From positions 1 to 64,000 of the IMG/VR virus record IMGVR_UViG_3300028388_003280: a stretch of 64,000 bases of DNA. One strand, given 5' to 3'. The notes under the pieces are model-generated. The model saw only the letters and a list, made by a program, of their open reading frames with translations. It did no database searches and was not told where the DNA came from. Below, piece by piece: positions 30,096-40,165 of this stretch (position 1 is the stretch's first letter; every line of letters begins with the position of its first letter). The stretch is from a virus. The translations under genes were made by a program, and so were the position numbers.

Positions 30096-31954
30096 CATTG
30101 GATCTGTCCAGCAAGATCTTGTCCGACATCGTTGTACACACCAAGTACGCCAAGTGGCTGCCAAACGAGCAGCGGCGTGAGACATGGGATGAGCTCGTTA
30201 CGAGAAACATGGAGATGCATCTCCGCAAGTTTCCAGACCTAGATGCAGATATTGAGTTTGCGTACGCGCAGGTCTACGATAAGAAGGTCCTGCCGTCTAT
30301 GCGCTCACTACAGTTTGGTGGCAAGCCGATCGAGATTTCGCCCAACCGCATCTACAACTGTGCCTTTGCACCCGTAGACGACTGGCGAGTCTTTGGTGAG
30401 ATCATGTTCTTGCTCCTCGGTGGGACGGGAGTGGGCTACTCCGTCCAGCGCCACCATGTGGAGAAGCTTCCTGATATCACGAAGCCGAATCCAAAGCGAC
30501 GTCGTAGGTTTCTGATTGGCGACTCCATCGAAGGATGGGCTGACGCCGTGAAGATGCTTATGAAGTCGTACTTCAAGGGCGGATCGACGATTGACTTTGA
30601 TTTCAGCGACATCCGACCCAAGGGATCCCTGCTTGTCACTAGCGGTGGTAAGGCTCCCGGCCCACAGCCGTTGAGGGAATGTCTTGTCAAAATCCAGGGC
30701 ATACTCAGTGCTAAAGAGAACGGAGAGCAGCTTACCCCGTTGGAGGTACATGATATCGTATGCTTCATTGCGGATGCCGTACTGGCGGGGGGCATTAGGC
30801 GTGCTGCTCTTATTGCTCTGTTTAGCGCTGACGATCATGATATGATCGCTTGTAAGACCGGAGCCTGGTGGGAACTCAACCCACAGAGAGGCCGCGCGAA
30901 CAACAGTGCCGTGCTTCTTAGGTCCCGCGTCAGCAAGCCGTTCTTTGATGATCTCTGGGAAAAGATGAAGGCGTCAGGCTCGGGAGAGCCCGGCATCTAT
31001 TTCACAAACGACAAGGACTGGGGCACCAACCCATGTGTTGAGATTGCACTACGACCATTCCAGTTCTGTAACCTGACTGAGATCAACGCTAGCGATATCG
31101 CTGACCAGGAAGATCTGAACACACGTTGTCGAGCAGCAGCCTTGATTGGCACGCTTCAGGCTACGTACACGGACTTCCACTACCTTCGACCCATTTGGAA
31201 GCGCACGACCGAGAAGGACGCCCTCATTGGTGTGTCCATGACAGGCATCGCATCCAATAAGGTAAAGGACCTAGATCTCGATGAGGCAAACAGAATCATC
31301 CGTGACACGAATGAATACTACGCTGAAAAGCTTGGTATCAACCCCGCCGCCCGCCGCACATGTGTCAAGCCCGCTGGAACGACCTCACTTACGGTCGGCT
31401 CGAGCTCGGGCATCCATGCGTGGCACGATGAGTATTATGTACGCCGCATGCGCGTAGGAAAGAACGAGGCGATCTATGGATACCTTGCAGAGCACCATCC
31501 TGAGTTGGTTGAAGACGAGTTCTTTAGCCCTCATGATACTGCTGTCGTATCTGTTCCTCAAAAAGCCCCAGACGGTGCTACCACCAGGCATGAATCTGCG
31601 CACGATCTTCTCGAGCGCGTCAAGGATTACAGTATCCGGTGGATCAAGCCAGGACACAAGAATGGACTGAACACCCACAACATCTCTGCAACCGTGTCGG
31701 TTAAGCAGGATGAATGGGATTCAGTCGGTGAGTGGATGTGGAACAATCGGGAGCACTACAATGGCTTGTCCATCCTCCCGTTTGATGACCACACATATCA
31801 GCAGGCGCCATTTGAGACCATTGACCAGGTTGAATATCTGCGCCTCATGGAGTCACTTCGCGATGTGGATCTATCGAAGATCGTTGAGACCTTTGATGAC
31901 ACATCATTGAAGGACGAAGCAGCATGTGCCGGTGGTGCGTGTGAGATAGTATAA
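30092..31954 (+). CDS. nrdJ: class II (adenosylcobalamin-dependent) ribonucleotide reductase
   Basis: RRETW, YNCAF, RGRANNS, TNPCVEI, FCNLTE, VKPAGT, C-terminal CAGGACEIV; no small subunit gene nearby. Confidence 0.92.
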   Translation: MTLDLSSKILSDIVVHTKYAKWLPNEQRRETWDELVTRNMEMHLRKFPDLDADIEFAYAQVYDKKVLPSMRSLQFGGKPIEISPNRIYNCAFAPVDDWRVFGEIMFLLLGGTGVGYSVQRHHVEKLPDITKPNPKRRRRFLIGDSIEGWADAVKMLMKSYFKGGSTIDFDFSDIRPKGSLLVTSGGKAPGPQPLRECLVKIQGILSAKENGEQLTPLEVHDIVCFIADAVLAGGIRRAALIALFSADDHDMIACKTGAWWELNPQRGRANNSAVLLRSRVSKPFFDDLWEKMKASGSGEPGIYFTNDKDWGTNPCVEIALRPFQFCNLTEINASDIADQEDLNTRCRAAALIGTLQATYTDFHYLRPIWKRTTEKDALIGVSMTGIASNKVKDLDLDEANRIIRDTNEYYAEKLGINPAARRTCVKPAGTTSLTVGSSSGIHAWHDEYYVRRMRVGKNEAIYGYLAEHHPELVEDEFFSPHDTAVVSVPQKAPDGATTRHESAHDLLERVKDYSIRWIKPGHKNGLNTHNISATVSVKQDEWDSVGEWMWNNREHYNGLSILPFDDHTYQQAPFETIDQVEYLRLMESLRDVDLSKIVETFDDTSLKDEAACAGGACEIV

Positions 31955-31967
31955 TCAGGAGACAGTT

Positions 31968-32165
31968 ATGAAAAAGAAGAACAAGAGCCAGCAGATCTTG
32001 AATCGCAAGCGTCAGAAGCAGTCCCTCAAGAGGGCACGCAGAAAGGGGCTGCGGCAAGATCGCATTGCAGCCCGCAATCGTGCTTTGAATGAGGCCCGCG
32101 AGGAAGCGCTTGAAGAGCTCAAGAAGCAATTCACTGAACAGTGGAGAAAGCAATATGGCGGGTGA
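31968..32165 (+). CDS. small basic hypothetical protein
   Basis: K/R-rich 65 aa ORF with AGGAG RBS. Confidence 0.6.
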   Translation: MKKKNKSQQILNRKRQKQSLKRARRKGLRQDRIAARNRALNEAREEALEELKKQFTEQWRKQYGG

Positions 32166-32586
32166 GCGTCCACTACATAGGCGAAATCAACGCATTGTCT
32201 TTCCTCGCACACGCTGGTCACTCGGTGAACGACTTCCTGCTGGGACCCTTGTCGAGTTTCCTTATGGTCGCAAGAAGATGAACGAGGCTGGGGGTTGGAA
32301 GAACGACCCCCGGCCGATCGTCATCGTTTTCTTTGATGACCTAGTTGACTACATCGAAGGCCTCAACACCAATTACCTAAGCCCCCAGAAACTCAAAGAG
32401 TGCCTGGAGGTTGTCAATCAGGAGCAGTCTATCGGTGACAGTCCTGCGGACGGTAAGCGGCTGTACGAGCGCATGAAGTCTATTGAGCCCGATGTGCTTT
32501 TTGCGTACCGGAAGTTCAAGCGTGACTCTATTGCCTCGCTTTGGAAGTTCGAGGTGGACCTCACCGATCCGAACTTCAAGCCGTAG
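32155..32586 (+). CDS. possible DNA end-protector (T4 gp2-like) protein
   Basis: G..VEFPY...DPRPIVIV...IEGLNTNYL resembles the gp2 core. Confidence 0.45.
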   Translation: MAGERPLHRRNQRIVFPRTRWSLGERLPAGTLVEFPYGRKKMNEAGGWKNDPRPIVIVFFDDLVDYIEGLNTNYLSPQKLKECLEVVNQEQSIGDSPADGKRLYERMKSIEPDVLFAYRKFKRDSIASLWKFEVDLTDPNFKP

Positions 32587-32594
32587 CCGAACGG

Positions 32595-32623
32595 TGTACA
32601 TCCACCATTGAGCGTGGTATCAT
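32595..32623 (+). promoter_or_regulatory. promoter TGTACA-N17-TATCAT
   Basis: One of six aligned copies with a 17 nt spacer. Confidence 0.7.
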
Positions 32624-32642
32624 TCTGTACGGAGGTGAACCT

Positions 32643-33230
32643 GTGCAACGTCGCAAGGTTATCATTGTTGAGGGCATGGACAACGTCGGGAAGGATACGC
32701 AGATCAAGGCTATCTGCAATCACTTCCCCGAAGACAATTTCCATACCCTCCACTATCATGCCATAAAATCGCGATCCAATTCTGGGGCCCGTTACGCTGC
32801 CGAGCAGACCTATTCAGAGATGTTCAGAATCATCGACACCATGTATGACCTGAACTTCATTCTGAACCGGTCCCACCTGGGCGAGTATGTCTATGGGCCC
32901 ATGTATCGCAACTACAAGGATCCAGAGTACGTCTTCCAGATGGAGCGTACACCGCTGATTCAAGGCGTCATGAATGATGCAGCACTGCTTATTCTGACAC
33001 ACAACCACCCGGAAACTCTCGCCGAGCGAGAGGATGGCGACAGTTTGTCGCAAGGACAGATCGAGCTCATTGAACAAGAGCGCGACCGGTTCTACGATGT
33101 CTACCTCGAGTCTGCAGCACGCCATAAGCTGTTGCTGCCTGTCGATGGGATGTCGAAAGAAGCAGTCACCGACAAAGTGATCGGGTGGCTGGACACCGTA
33201 TACCATGATGAACCCTTCACTGATGATTGA
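32643..33230 (+). CDS. deoxynucleoside monophosphate (thymidylate-type) kinase
   Basis: IIVEGMDNVGKDT P-loop and NRSHLGEYVYG; GTG start after GGAGGTGA. Confidence 0.85.
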   Translation: MQRRKVIIVEGMDNVGKDTQIKAICNHFPEDNFHTLHYHAIKSRSNSGARYAAEQTYSEMFRIIDTMYDLNFILNRSHLGEYVYGPMYRNYKDPEYVFQMERTPLIQGVMNDAALLILTHNHPETLAEREDGDSLSQGQIELIEQERDRFYDVYLESAARHKLLLPVDGMSKEAVTDKVIGWLDTVYHDEPFTDD

Positions 33231-33639
33231 TCTCGTCCATCCGGACGCCAAAATGCCAACTCGCGCAACGCCAGGAGACGCAGGTCTCGATGTTTACACA
33301 CCTGAACCGTTCTCGATTGGTCCAAGAAGTCATGGCAAGGTCTCTTTGGGCTGGCGCTGTAGGTTTGACGACGGCTGGGTCATGCTTGTTTTCAACAAGA
33401 GTGGCCGTGCCGTTAAGCTCGGCCTCGATAAGGGCGCTGAGGTCATTGATTCAGGCTATCGAGGCGAGGTGCACATCCACCTATTCAACCACTCTTTTCA
33501 GCGGGTATCGTTTGAGCGCGGAGACAAGATCGCTCAAGTCCTGCTCATGCCAGTTTGGACTGGCAACCCCATGGAAGGGCCAGTAAAGGACGACACCGAA
33601 CGCGGTGCTGGAGGCTTTGGCTCAACAGGAACGAGGTAA
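33205..33639 (+). CDS. dut: trimeric dUTPase
   Basis: AGLDV, KSG, VIDSGYRGE, KIAQ, RGAGGFGSTG. Confidence 0.95.
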   Translation: MMNPSLMIDLVHPDAKMPTRATPGDAGLDVYTPEPFSIGPRSHGKVSLGWRCRFDDGWVMLVFNKSGRAVKLGLDKGAEVIDSGYRGEVHIHLFNHSFQRVSFERGDKIAQVLLMPVWTGNPMEGPVKDDTERGAGGFGSTGTR

Positions 33640-33640
33640 C

Positions 33641-36115
33641 ATGACCGAGAAGCGTAAGGAGTTCTACCTTTCGAGGATCAGCTCCCGGTTCTATCGCAAC
33701 AAGTGTCTGCTCACGATGTGGGGCTACGACGAAAATGGCAACCCTGTCACCCGCAAGGACGAGCTCGAGGAGTACTTCTACATTGATTCCGCCCACCTCG
33801 ACCTCCTCGGTCGATACGATCGCCTTGAGACAGCTCTAGAGGCCAGGACATATCCAACGTTCGACGGTAAGGAAGCCGTCAAGGTCATCAGCCACAACTA
33901 CAAGGACAAGAATCTCCTCAAGGAGCACTTCGGGGAGCACACGTACGAGCTCGACGTACCTGCCGAGTTCAAGTACATCATGAACAACCACATCAAGTGG
34001 TCCAAAGAGCGCCGCATCTGCTTCTTCGACATCGAGGTGTTCCCACCCCTTGACGATAACGGCAAGGAAGTGTTTGCCACGCCGTCCCGTCCATCTGCTC
34101 CTATCACGGCAATCCAAGCCGGGTCGTCTATTGACGGCAAGATCTACGTTTTCTCGTGGCATCCCCAGCACACGAAGGATGTTGATGGCTTTGAGATCAA
34201 GGAGAAGGACAATGTGGTGTACTTCTTCTGTGAGGATGAGGCTACCTGCATCCTAGCATGGTTTGAGTGGCTCAAGGGCAACCACATCGATGTCATCACT
34301 GGCTGGTACTCGGCCGGATTTGACCTCCCCTACATCCTACGCCGCTGTGAGGTCCTCAACATTGACCCCTCTGGCATCTCACCTGCCGAGTACGCCAAGA
34401 CTTACCGTAAGGGCGAGTTCTGGCGCTGCTACATCAACGGCTTGGACCACATCGACATGCTTGAGGCAGTCAAGGACCTCGGTTACAACCTGTCGAACTT
34501 CAAGCTTGCCACAGCTGCCAAGGAAATCATCGGCGATGGCGAGATGGACAAGCTGGAAGAAGTCACGTGGCGGGATTGGCCACAAGACTATGCTGGCTTT
34601 TTGAAGTACTCTGTTCGCGACGTTGAGATCTTGATGGAGATCGAGAAGCGGCTCGAGATCTTCTCCCTCTATACCACTCTACAGGAGCTGGCTAACCTTC
34701 CTGCGCTCAACTACGTGCTCATGAAGTCTACGGTTGTGGACTTCTACATCCTGACTGAGTATCATGGTCGTACTGTTTTCCCAACCCGCATCATCCGCAA
34801 GCGTAAGAAGTATATGGGCGCCATGGTACTCGAACCCCGAGAACCTGGACTTCACCTCGACGTTGGAGTGGTCGACTTTGCCTCACTGTATCCAACATCA
34901 GTCATGGCATTCAACCTCTCACCAGAGACATTCATCGCAAGTGCACACGACGTCGAAGACGCTGGCAAGACGATTGAGCAGTTTCAGACACGTCTCAAAG
35001 AGCGAAATGTCAAGGTGGTCGATACTGGCCACAATGATGACCTCTTCGGCAAGCGCTACTGGTTCCTTGCACACGAACAGCGCACCGGTCTGCTTCCCAA
35101 GATCCTGAAGAAGCTCTACCTCCAGCGCCGAGAGCTCAAGGCTCAGATGAAGCAGCCAGGTGTGTCCAAGGACCACCTCAACGCCCTAGACAAGCACCAG
35201 CAGGCTATCAAGCTTGTTCTCAACAGCACTTATGGCGCCATGGGATTCCCCTGGTTCCGGCTCTACAAGCCCGAGGTCGCGGATGCCATCACGTACTTTG
35301 CTCGTCAGGCTTTGCTGCACGCCATTGACCGCCTTGAAGCGGCAGATATGCCAGTCATCTATGGTGACACGGACTCCTGCTTTTTCAAGCAGAACGGCAA
35401 GGACTACAACGAGATCTGTGACTGGGTAGAGGACTTCAATGCCACCATCGACGAGACGTTCATTTCGCAATACAACGAAGCCCTCGACGGTGAGTACAAT
35501 CTGATGGAGCTCGAGTTTGAGAAGGACATGGAGCGCTTCTACATGGGTGAAGCCAAGAAGCGCTACTATGGCATCGTCCGCGACACAGGCAAGAAGTACA
35601 TCCGCGGACTCAACATCATCCGCAAGGATGCACCAACCCTCCTAAAGGAACGACTCAACGATCTCGCCGAGCTCGCCGTCCGAGACGAGCTCACGTCTGA
35701 ACACCTCGTCGACCTGCGTAAGGAAGTCGAGGCTGCACCCCTAGAAACCATTGGAATCACCAAGGCCTTCAGCAAGCGCTTCAGCGAGTACATCAAGAAT
35801 GTGCCGCAGCATCTCAAGGGTGCCCGCTTCGCGAATGAACACCTTGAAGCGGGTGTCACACACCAGGACAACCCCTTTATGTTCTACATCGTAAGTAAGT
35901 GCGAGGATGAGCTGAAGCCCAAGGACCGCACCCAGGTCATCTGCGTCAAGGATGAGCAGCTGCCGGACCTGACAAAGCACCCGGAGCTCTTTGAGCTCGA
36001 CTGGGACACCTTCTTCCATAAGCAGGTTGTTGAACAGCTCGAGGAGTTCGATCACATTCCGTCTGTCAAGGCGGCCATTGCAGAATATGAGGAGCTTATC
36101 AATGTCACGGTTTAG
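33641..36115 (+). CDS. gp43: family B DNA polymerase (gp43-like)
   Basis: ExoI FDIE, ExoII GFDLPY, DFASLYP, K..LNSTYG, YGDTDS, KKRY. Confidence 0.96.
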   Translation: MTEKRKEFYLSRISSRFYRNKCLLTMWGYDENGNPVTRKDELEEYFYIDSAHLDLLGRYDRLETALEARTYPTFDGKEAVKVISHNYKDKNLLKEHFGEHTYELDVPAEFKYIMNNHIKWSKERRICFFDIEVFPPLDDNGKEVFATPSRPSAPITAIQAGSSIDGKIYVFSWHPQHTKDVDGFEIKEKDNVVYFFCEDEATCILAWFEWLKGNHIDVITGWYSAGFDLPYILRRCEVLNIDPSGISPAEYAKTYRKGEFWRCYINGLDHIDMLEAVKDLGYNLSNFKLATAAKEIIGDGEMDKLEEVTWRDWPQDYAGFLKYSVRDVEILMEIEKRLEIFSLYTTLQELANLPALNYVLMKSTVVDFYILTEYHGRTVFPTRIIRKRKKYMGAMVLEPREPGLHLDVGVVDFASLYPTSVMAFNLSPETFIASAHDVEDAGKTIEQFQTRLKERNVKVVDTGHNDDLFGKRYWFLAHEQRTGLLPKILKKLYLQRRELKAQMKQPGVSKDHLNALDKHQQAIKLVLNSTYGAMGFPWFRLYKPEVADAITYFARQALLHAIDRLEAADMPVIYGDTDSCFFKQNGKDYNEICDWVEDFNATIDETFISQYNEALDGEYNLMELEFEKDMERFYMGEAKKRYYGIVRDTGKKYIRGLNIIRKDAPTLLKERLNDLAELAVRDELTSEHLVDLRKEVEAAPLETIGITKAFSKRFSEYIKNVPQHLKGARFANEHLEAGVTHQDNPFMFYIVSKCEDELKPKDRTQVICVKDEQLPDLTKHPELFELDWDTFFHKQVVEQLEEFDHIPSVKAAIAEYEELINVTV

Positions 36116-36314
36116 TCGCACGCTACAAGAAACTGATCGCACACCGGAAAACATCACTCTTGGCCACAATGGAGAGCGATGCCAGCTCATCGCTTCCAGT
36201 GGGTTCATTCACAGAGTACACACACTCAGGAGCCTTGAATCTGGTCGCTTGTATACTGCCCGGGTTCGTGTCAAGCAACTCAAGACTGATTGGAAGCCTA
36301 GCCGTGATGCATAA
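36102..36314 (+). CDS. hypothetical protein
   Basis: ATG at 36102 after GAGGAG; overlaps both neighbours. Confidence 0.55.
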   Translation: MSRFSRTLQETDRTPENITLGHNGERCQLIASSGFIHRVHTLRSLESGRLYTARVRVKQLKTDWKPSRDA

Positions 36315-36879
36315 GAATTTGGTTACGTGTTCTTATTGCGGAGTTCGTTTCAAAACGCTTGCAGAACCTTCTGCGATTGGTGCACCATATTGGATGTGTT
36401 CAGACTGTATGGGACAGCACGTCCTTGGCACTAACATTTTCAAGCCTAAGCCTAGGCCGTCGTGGGATGAGATCTGCATGGACACAGCAATCAAGCTTGC
36501 AAAACGGTCTACATGCAACACCCCGAATAGACAGGTAGGCTGTGTCATTGTGACACCTGACTACTCCTCCGTTTTGGCCTGGGGATACAACGGGGGAGCG
36601 GCAGGGAGTGACGATGAGTGTGACTTCGACGCCGAGGTTGAGAAGGGCTCCCGCTGTCAATGTGCGCACGCCGAAATGAACGCGCTCACCAAGCTTGACA
36701 CAAATGGTAAGCGGGACCTTGTGATGTACGTCACACTGTCCCCATGCCAGCTTTGTGCGACCCTCATCGTCAATGCGAAGTGCTTCAAGGAAGTAGTATA
36801 CTTGGATGATTACCGCGCCGAAAAGCCCATATTTATACTCAGGCAGGCTGGCATCCAAGTGCGAAAGTATGGAACATGA
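36307..36879 (+). CDS. dCMP deaminase with an N-terminal zinc ribbon
   Basis: RSTC..QVGCVI, GYNG, HAEMNA, SPCQLC; additional CSYC/CSDC at the N-terminus. Confidence 0.92.
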   Translation: MHKNLVTCSYCGVRFKTLAEPSAIGAPYWMCSDCMGQHVLGTNIFKPKPRPSWDEICMDTAIKLAKRSTCNTPNRQVGCVIVTPDYSSVLAWGYNGGAAGSDDECDFDAEVEKGSRCQCAHAEMNALTKLDTNGKRDLVMYVTLSPCQLCATLIVNAKCFKEVVYLDDYRAEKPIFILRQAGIQVRKYGT

Positions 36880-37052
36880 AGACGATCACTGTAGCAGACG
36901 TACGATACATCGTCATTCGTGAGCTCGGCACTGACTCAGAAGCAGCATCGCGGATCCGCTCCACTCACGGTGGCGCCTTGATCCGTAACAGCAAGGACAA
37001 CACGTTCATGCTGTGTCAACGTATTGGGGAAGCAGAGTATGAAGAAGTCTGA
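36876..37052 (+). CDS. small hypothetical protein (58 aa, not in ORF track)
   Basis: MKTITVADVRYIVIRELG...FMLCQRIGEAEYEEV; ATGA overlap; TATTTA at 36830. Confidence 0.55.
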   Translation: MKTITVADVRYIVIRELGTDSEAASRIRSTHGGALIRNSKDNTFMLCQRIGEAEYEEV

Positions 37053-37320
37053 ACTGCGACAAATGATCCGCGAAGAATACCACCGCGCAACGGTAAATGA
37101 GGCGGTTGCCAAGCGCGCCAAGCAAATGCTGGCTCTCCGTAAGGAAATGGTCAAGCATCTCAACGCTTTCGACAGGGCCCATAGCAAGCTTGATGGTTAT
37201 ATTGAGCTAAGAGATGAAAAGGTCATCCGCAAGCTTGAAATGATCGAGAAGCGCGTGAACGACATCTTCGAGTATCTCGGGGATGTTGAAGATCTATTGC
37301 AGCAAATCGAGGAAGATTGA
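37039..37320 (+). CDS. leader-bearing protein (MKKSELRQMIREEY...VNE)
   Basis: Shared leader followed by a coiled-coil payload. Confidence 0.75.
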   Translation: MKKSELRQMIREEYHRATVNEAVAKRAKQMLALRKEMVKHLNAFDRAHSKLDGYIELRDEKVIRKLEMIEKRVNDIFEYLGDVEDLLQQIEED

Positions 37321-37604
37321 TGAAGAAGAGCGAACTACGGCAGATCATCCGTGAAGAGATCAAGCGAGCCATCAACGAGAACGAGTGGGCTCCCGTCGAG
37401 AAGTGGCTCCGGTCATCATCCAATCGTAAGAAGCTAGCACAGCGAGTCAAGGATTCAGTTCTTCCAGGCGATGCAGCTTTTGGCGCGGACCCAATGGACT
37501 GGGGAATTCCGGGTTGGCTTGATTGGATCGAGTCAGACTACAACACCCAGCAGTATCTGCAGAGCATTGGACTTGACATTCCAGGAAGGCCGAACCGACC
37601 ATGA
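37320..37604 (+). CDS. leader-bearing protein (MKKSELRQIIREEI...INE)
   Basis: Shared leader. Confidence 0.75.
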   Translation: MKKSELRQIIREEIKRAINENEWAPVEKWLRSSSNRKKLAQRVKDSVLPGDAAFGADPMDWGIPGWLDWIESDYNTQQYLQSIGLDIPGRPNRP

Positions 37605-37921
37605 AAATTTCCAAGCACACACTCCGCTCCCTAATTCACGAGTGCATCAACGAGATGCACGATGAAATGCAGGAAGCCAAGGGCGACAAGAAGTTCGTCA
37701 TCTACTACAAGAAGAAGAACGGTAAGGATGCCAAGACTACTGTGATGGCTCAGGACAAGGATGATGCCATGGCTATGGCTCGACGCAAGCTTGCTGGCCG
37801 TTACTACGACCTCTTCGGCGCTCGCGAGCTGGATGAAATGACAACCACAGGAGATGTGGCCGGATATGACGCACCGATGGGCACAAAGCTTACTGACCTC
37901 ATCGATGATGAGGATGATTGA
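37601..37921 (+). CDS. leader-variant protein (MKISKHTLRSLIHECINE)
   Basis: Leader variant; internal LDE|MTTTGDVAGY module. Confidence 0.7.
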   Translation: MKISKHTLRSLIHECINEMHDEMQEAKGDKKFVIYYKKKNGKDAKTTVMAQDKDDAMAMARRKLAGRYYDLFGARELDEMTTTGDVAGYDAPMGTKLTDLIDDEDD

Positions 37922-38462
37922 GGCGCTTCGGCGCCTCTTCCGGCGAAGAGGAACAATGCAGGTACCAACGGATCCACGACACCAGCTGTCTCAGAATTTC
38001 ACACTAGGTGAAATGCTCAAGAGTCAGACAGCGACCCGCAAGGGTATTGACAACACACCGGACCTCGAGCAGTTCAAGAACCTTCAGGCTCTGTGTCAGA
38101 ATGTTCTTCAGCCAGTACGGGGCATCTATGGCGTTCCGCTGATCGTCACATCAGGACTTCGTGTCCTCGAGCTCAACCGTGCAATTGGTTCATGGGACGG
38201 ATCGCAACATACCAAGGGTGAGGCAGCTGATTTTGAACCGCTCGGAAACATCGCACTAGAAGATCTATGGCGCTCGATCGTCCTCAGCGACATCCCATAC
38301 GACCAGTGCATTCTCGAGTTCCCACCCACTGGCTGGATCCACATCTCCCACAAGCGTGATGGAGATCAGCGCGGCAAGATCACCGTTGCCCGTAAGGTTG
38401 ACGGTAAGACCCGCTACGACCACTACACTCGTGAGCAGGTAGAACAATTTGATTGGGAGTGA
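37914..38462 (+). CDS. peptidase M15 family endolysin
   Basis: LSQNFTLGEM, SGLR..LNRAIG, SQH..GEAAD, WIHIS. Confidence 0.9.
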   Translation: MIEALRRLFRRRGTMQVPTDPRHQLSQNFTLGEMLKSQTATRKGIDNTPDLEQFKNLQALCQNVLQPVRGIYGVPLIVTSGLRVLELNRAIGSWDGSQHTKGEAADFEPLGNIALEDLWRSIVLSDIPYDQCILEFPPTGWIHISHKRDGDQRGKITVARKVDGKTRYDHYTREQVEQFDWE

Positions 38463-38465
38463 CCA

Positions 38466-39848
38466 TTGAAGGCACGCTATCACAAATTTACTGGTGAGGT
38501 TCCAGTTGTCTTCGTCGAGGACGCCAAGGCTTTCATGGAAAAGCTTGGTGCTCCCGTAACTGAGGCAAAGGACCGTTTCGGCGTCGAACTCATGCATGAG
38601 GTCAATATTGGCCCACTCAAGATGCTCGTGTTCAGTGAAGCAATGCTGCGTACCATTTCTGGTTCCCGCCCAACACCCGTGATCGAGGCCCACCTTGCGA
38701 TCTGGAAGGGCCAGCAGAAGTATCCACAGAACGAGATCGCTGGGTTCAAGTACGCGCTCGCTCTAGCTGAGCGGTACAAGCGGAAGAAGTGCCACGAGTT
38801 GATCCGTCGAACCATGGCAGAAGCAACGGGCTATCACGCGGAGCCGATGGAGGTGGAGATCGTTGGTCAGCGCAAGGCTGTTTCCGACAAGAAGGTCGAG
38901 AGTGTCCTTTTTGAAGAGGGCATCCTCCTTGAGATGGGCAACACCAACCGCATCGACGTCAACGAAATCTACCTAGGCTACTATATGCTTGGTGGGACGT
39001 GGACGGGCTTCGTGAAGGCAGCCGATGCAAAGGCCCAGCTTAGGAAGCGCCGCGAAGAAATCACGCCCGAGGAGTTTAAGGATGAGCAGGGTAAGGCCAA
39101 GGTCATGGCACGCGAAGCTCTGAATTGGGCTCAGGCAAACGGATATGGTGGCGGCGTCAAGAAGGCTTGGTGGACCGCGCGTCCGGGTGACCTTTCAAAG
39201 GCAACAGGCCTAGATGTTTCATCTGCTGCGAACCCAACAGACACACTAGTCCAGTTTGGCGACGGCAAGTTCCTAGGGTTGAGTGCGAAGTCTGGTAAGA
39301 AGAAGAGCAGCAAGATCGCATTCAAGAACCCAGGCATGGGAACGATCGACAATGCACTCAATGCCGGTCTGCAGGCCGTGTTTAGTCGCGAGATTGACAA
39401 ATTCATCAAGAAGCATGATCTCTCCCCAGTAGCTGCCACCCGTAAGACTCAGATCCGCGATGACAGAAAGATCGAGTCTGAAGCAAACAAGGCTGGTTCT
39501 GTTGTCCACAAGAAGCTCAGAGATGAGCTATTCAAGACTCTCAACAAGCTGAACGAGAAGGCCCTGAAGGAACATGTCCTGTCTTATTGGATGGACGCGA
39601 ATGTTGTTGAGCCACCGTACATCAAAGTAACTGGCAAGGGTTCGGGTGGAGACTATACAGCCTCAGTTATGAATCCCCTCAACAATGAGAAGCTGACTGC
39701 AATTAGCCATGGCAATTATGAGCTCAAGAAGGTCGGCGACAATTCAATCGGCTTCATGGCTGATGGGAAGCGTGTCTTCAAGATGCGCTTCAAATTCTCG
39801 TCGCAGTTCATGGCCTCAAGCATGAAGCTTAGCGGTGACCAATGGTAA
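38466..39848 (+). CDS. two-module protein with a C-terminal PD-(D/E)xK-like nuclease domain
   Basis: NE helix followed by NPTD-x10-GLSAK; start codon (TTG) uncertain. Confidence 0.55.
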   Translation: MKARYHKFTGEVPVVFVEDAKAFMEKLGAPVTEAKDRFGVELMHEVNIGPLKMLVFSEAMLRTISGSRPTPVIEAHLAIWKGQQKYPQNEIAGFKYALALAERYKRKKCHELIRRTMAEATGYHAEPMEVEIVGQRKAVSDKKVESVLFEEGILLEMGNTNRIDVNEIYLGYYMLGGTWTGFVKAADAKAQLRKRREEITPEEFKDEQGKAKVMAREALNWAQANGYGGGVKKAWWTARPGDLSKATGLDVSSAANPTDTLVQFGDGKFLGLSAKSGKKKSSKIAFKNPGMGTIDNALNAGLQAVFSREIDKFIKKHDLSPVAATRKTQIRDDRKIESEANKAGSVVHKKLRDELFKTLNKLNEKALKEHVLSYWMDANVVEPPYIKVTGKGSGGDYTASVMNPLNNEKLTAISHGNYELKKVGDNSIGFMADGKRVFKMRFKFSSQFMASSMKLSGDQW

Positions 39849-39859
39849 GGAGCACTAAG

Positions 39860-40165
39860 ATGAGAGAGAAGAAGAGACTATTAGAGAACGCAGGCCTCGA
39901 TGCCAAGCGAATTCTTTCAGAGGCTGACACTGTGGACTTCGAGTTCGACCTCGATGAGCCCGAGGACTGGGCTGCTATGGAGGCTGAACTGAAGGACGCC
40001 GGGGCCAAGATCAAGAAGAAGTGGAGTCGCGGTACCCGAGACTACATTACGGTTGAGATTCCAACCGACGCTCGCAAGCGTGCAGACCTATTTCACTGGG
40101 TCGCGAATTTCTACTACCAGGGCGACCGTAAGGACGCAGCATACGAATTTCCCGAGTTGACCTGA
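39860..40165 (+). CDS. hypothetical protein with RLLENAGL...LSE leader
   Basis: AAGGAG RBS; coupled to the next gene. Confidence 0.7.
   Translation: MREKKRLLENAGLDAKRILSEADTVDFEFDLDEPEDWAAMEAELKDAGAKIKKKWSRGTRDYITVEIPTDARKRADLFHWVANFYYQGDRKDAAYEFPELT

Noticed and set aside
630-36115. Inteins or group I introns in terminase, helicase, RNR, RecA or PolB
   Set aside because: Lengths are ordinary, motifs are contiguous, and no C...HN splice signatures or interruptions were seen
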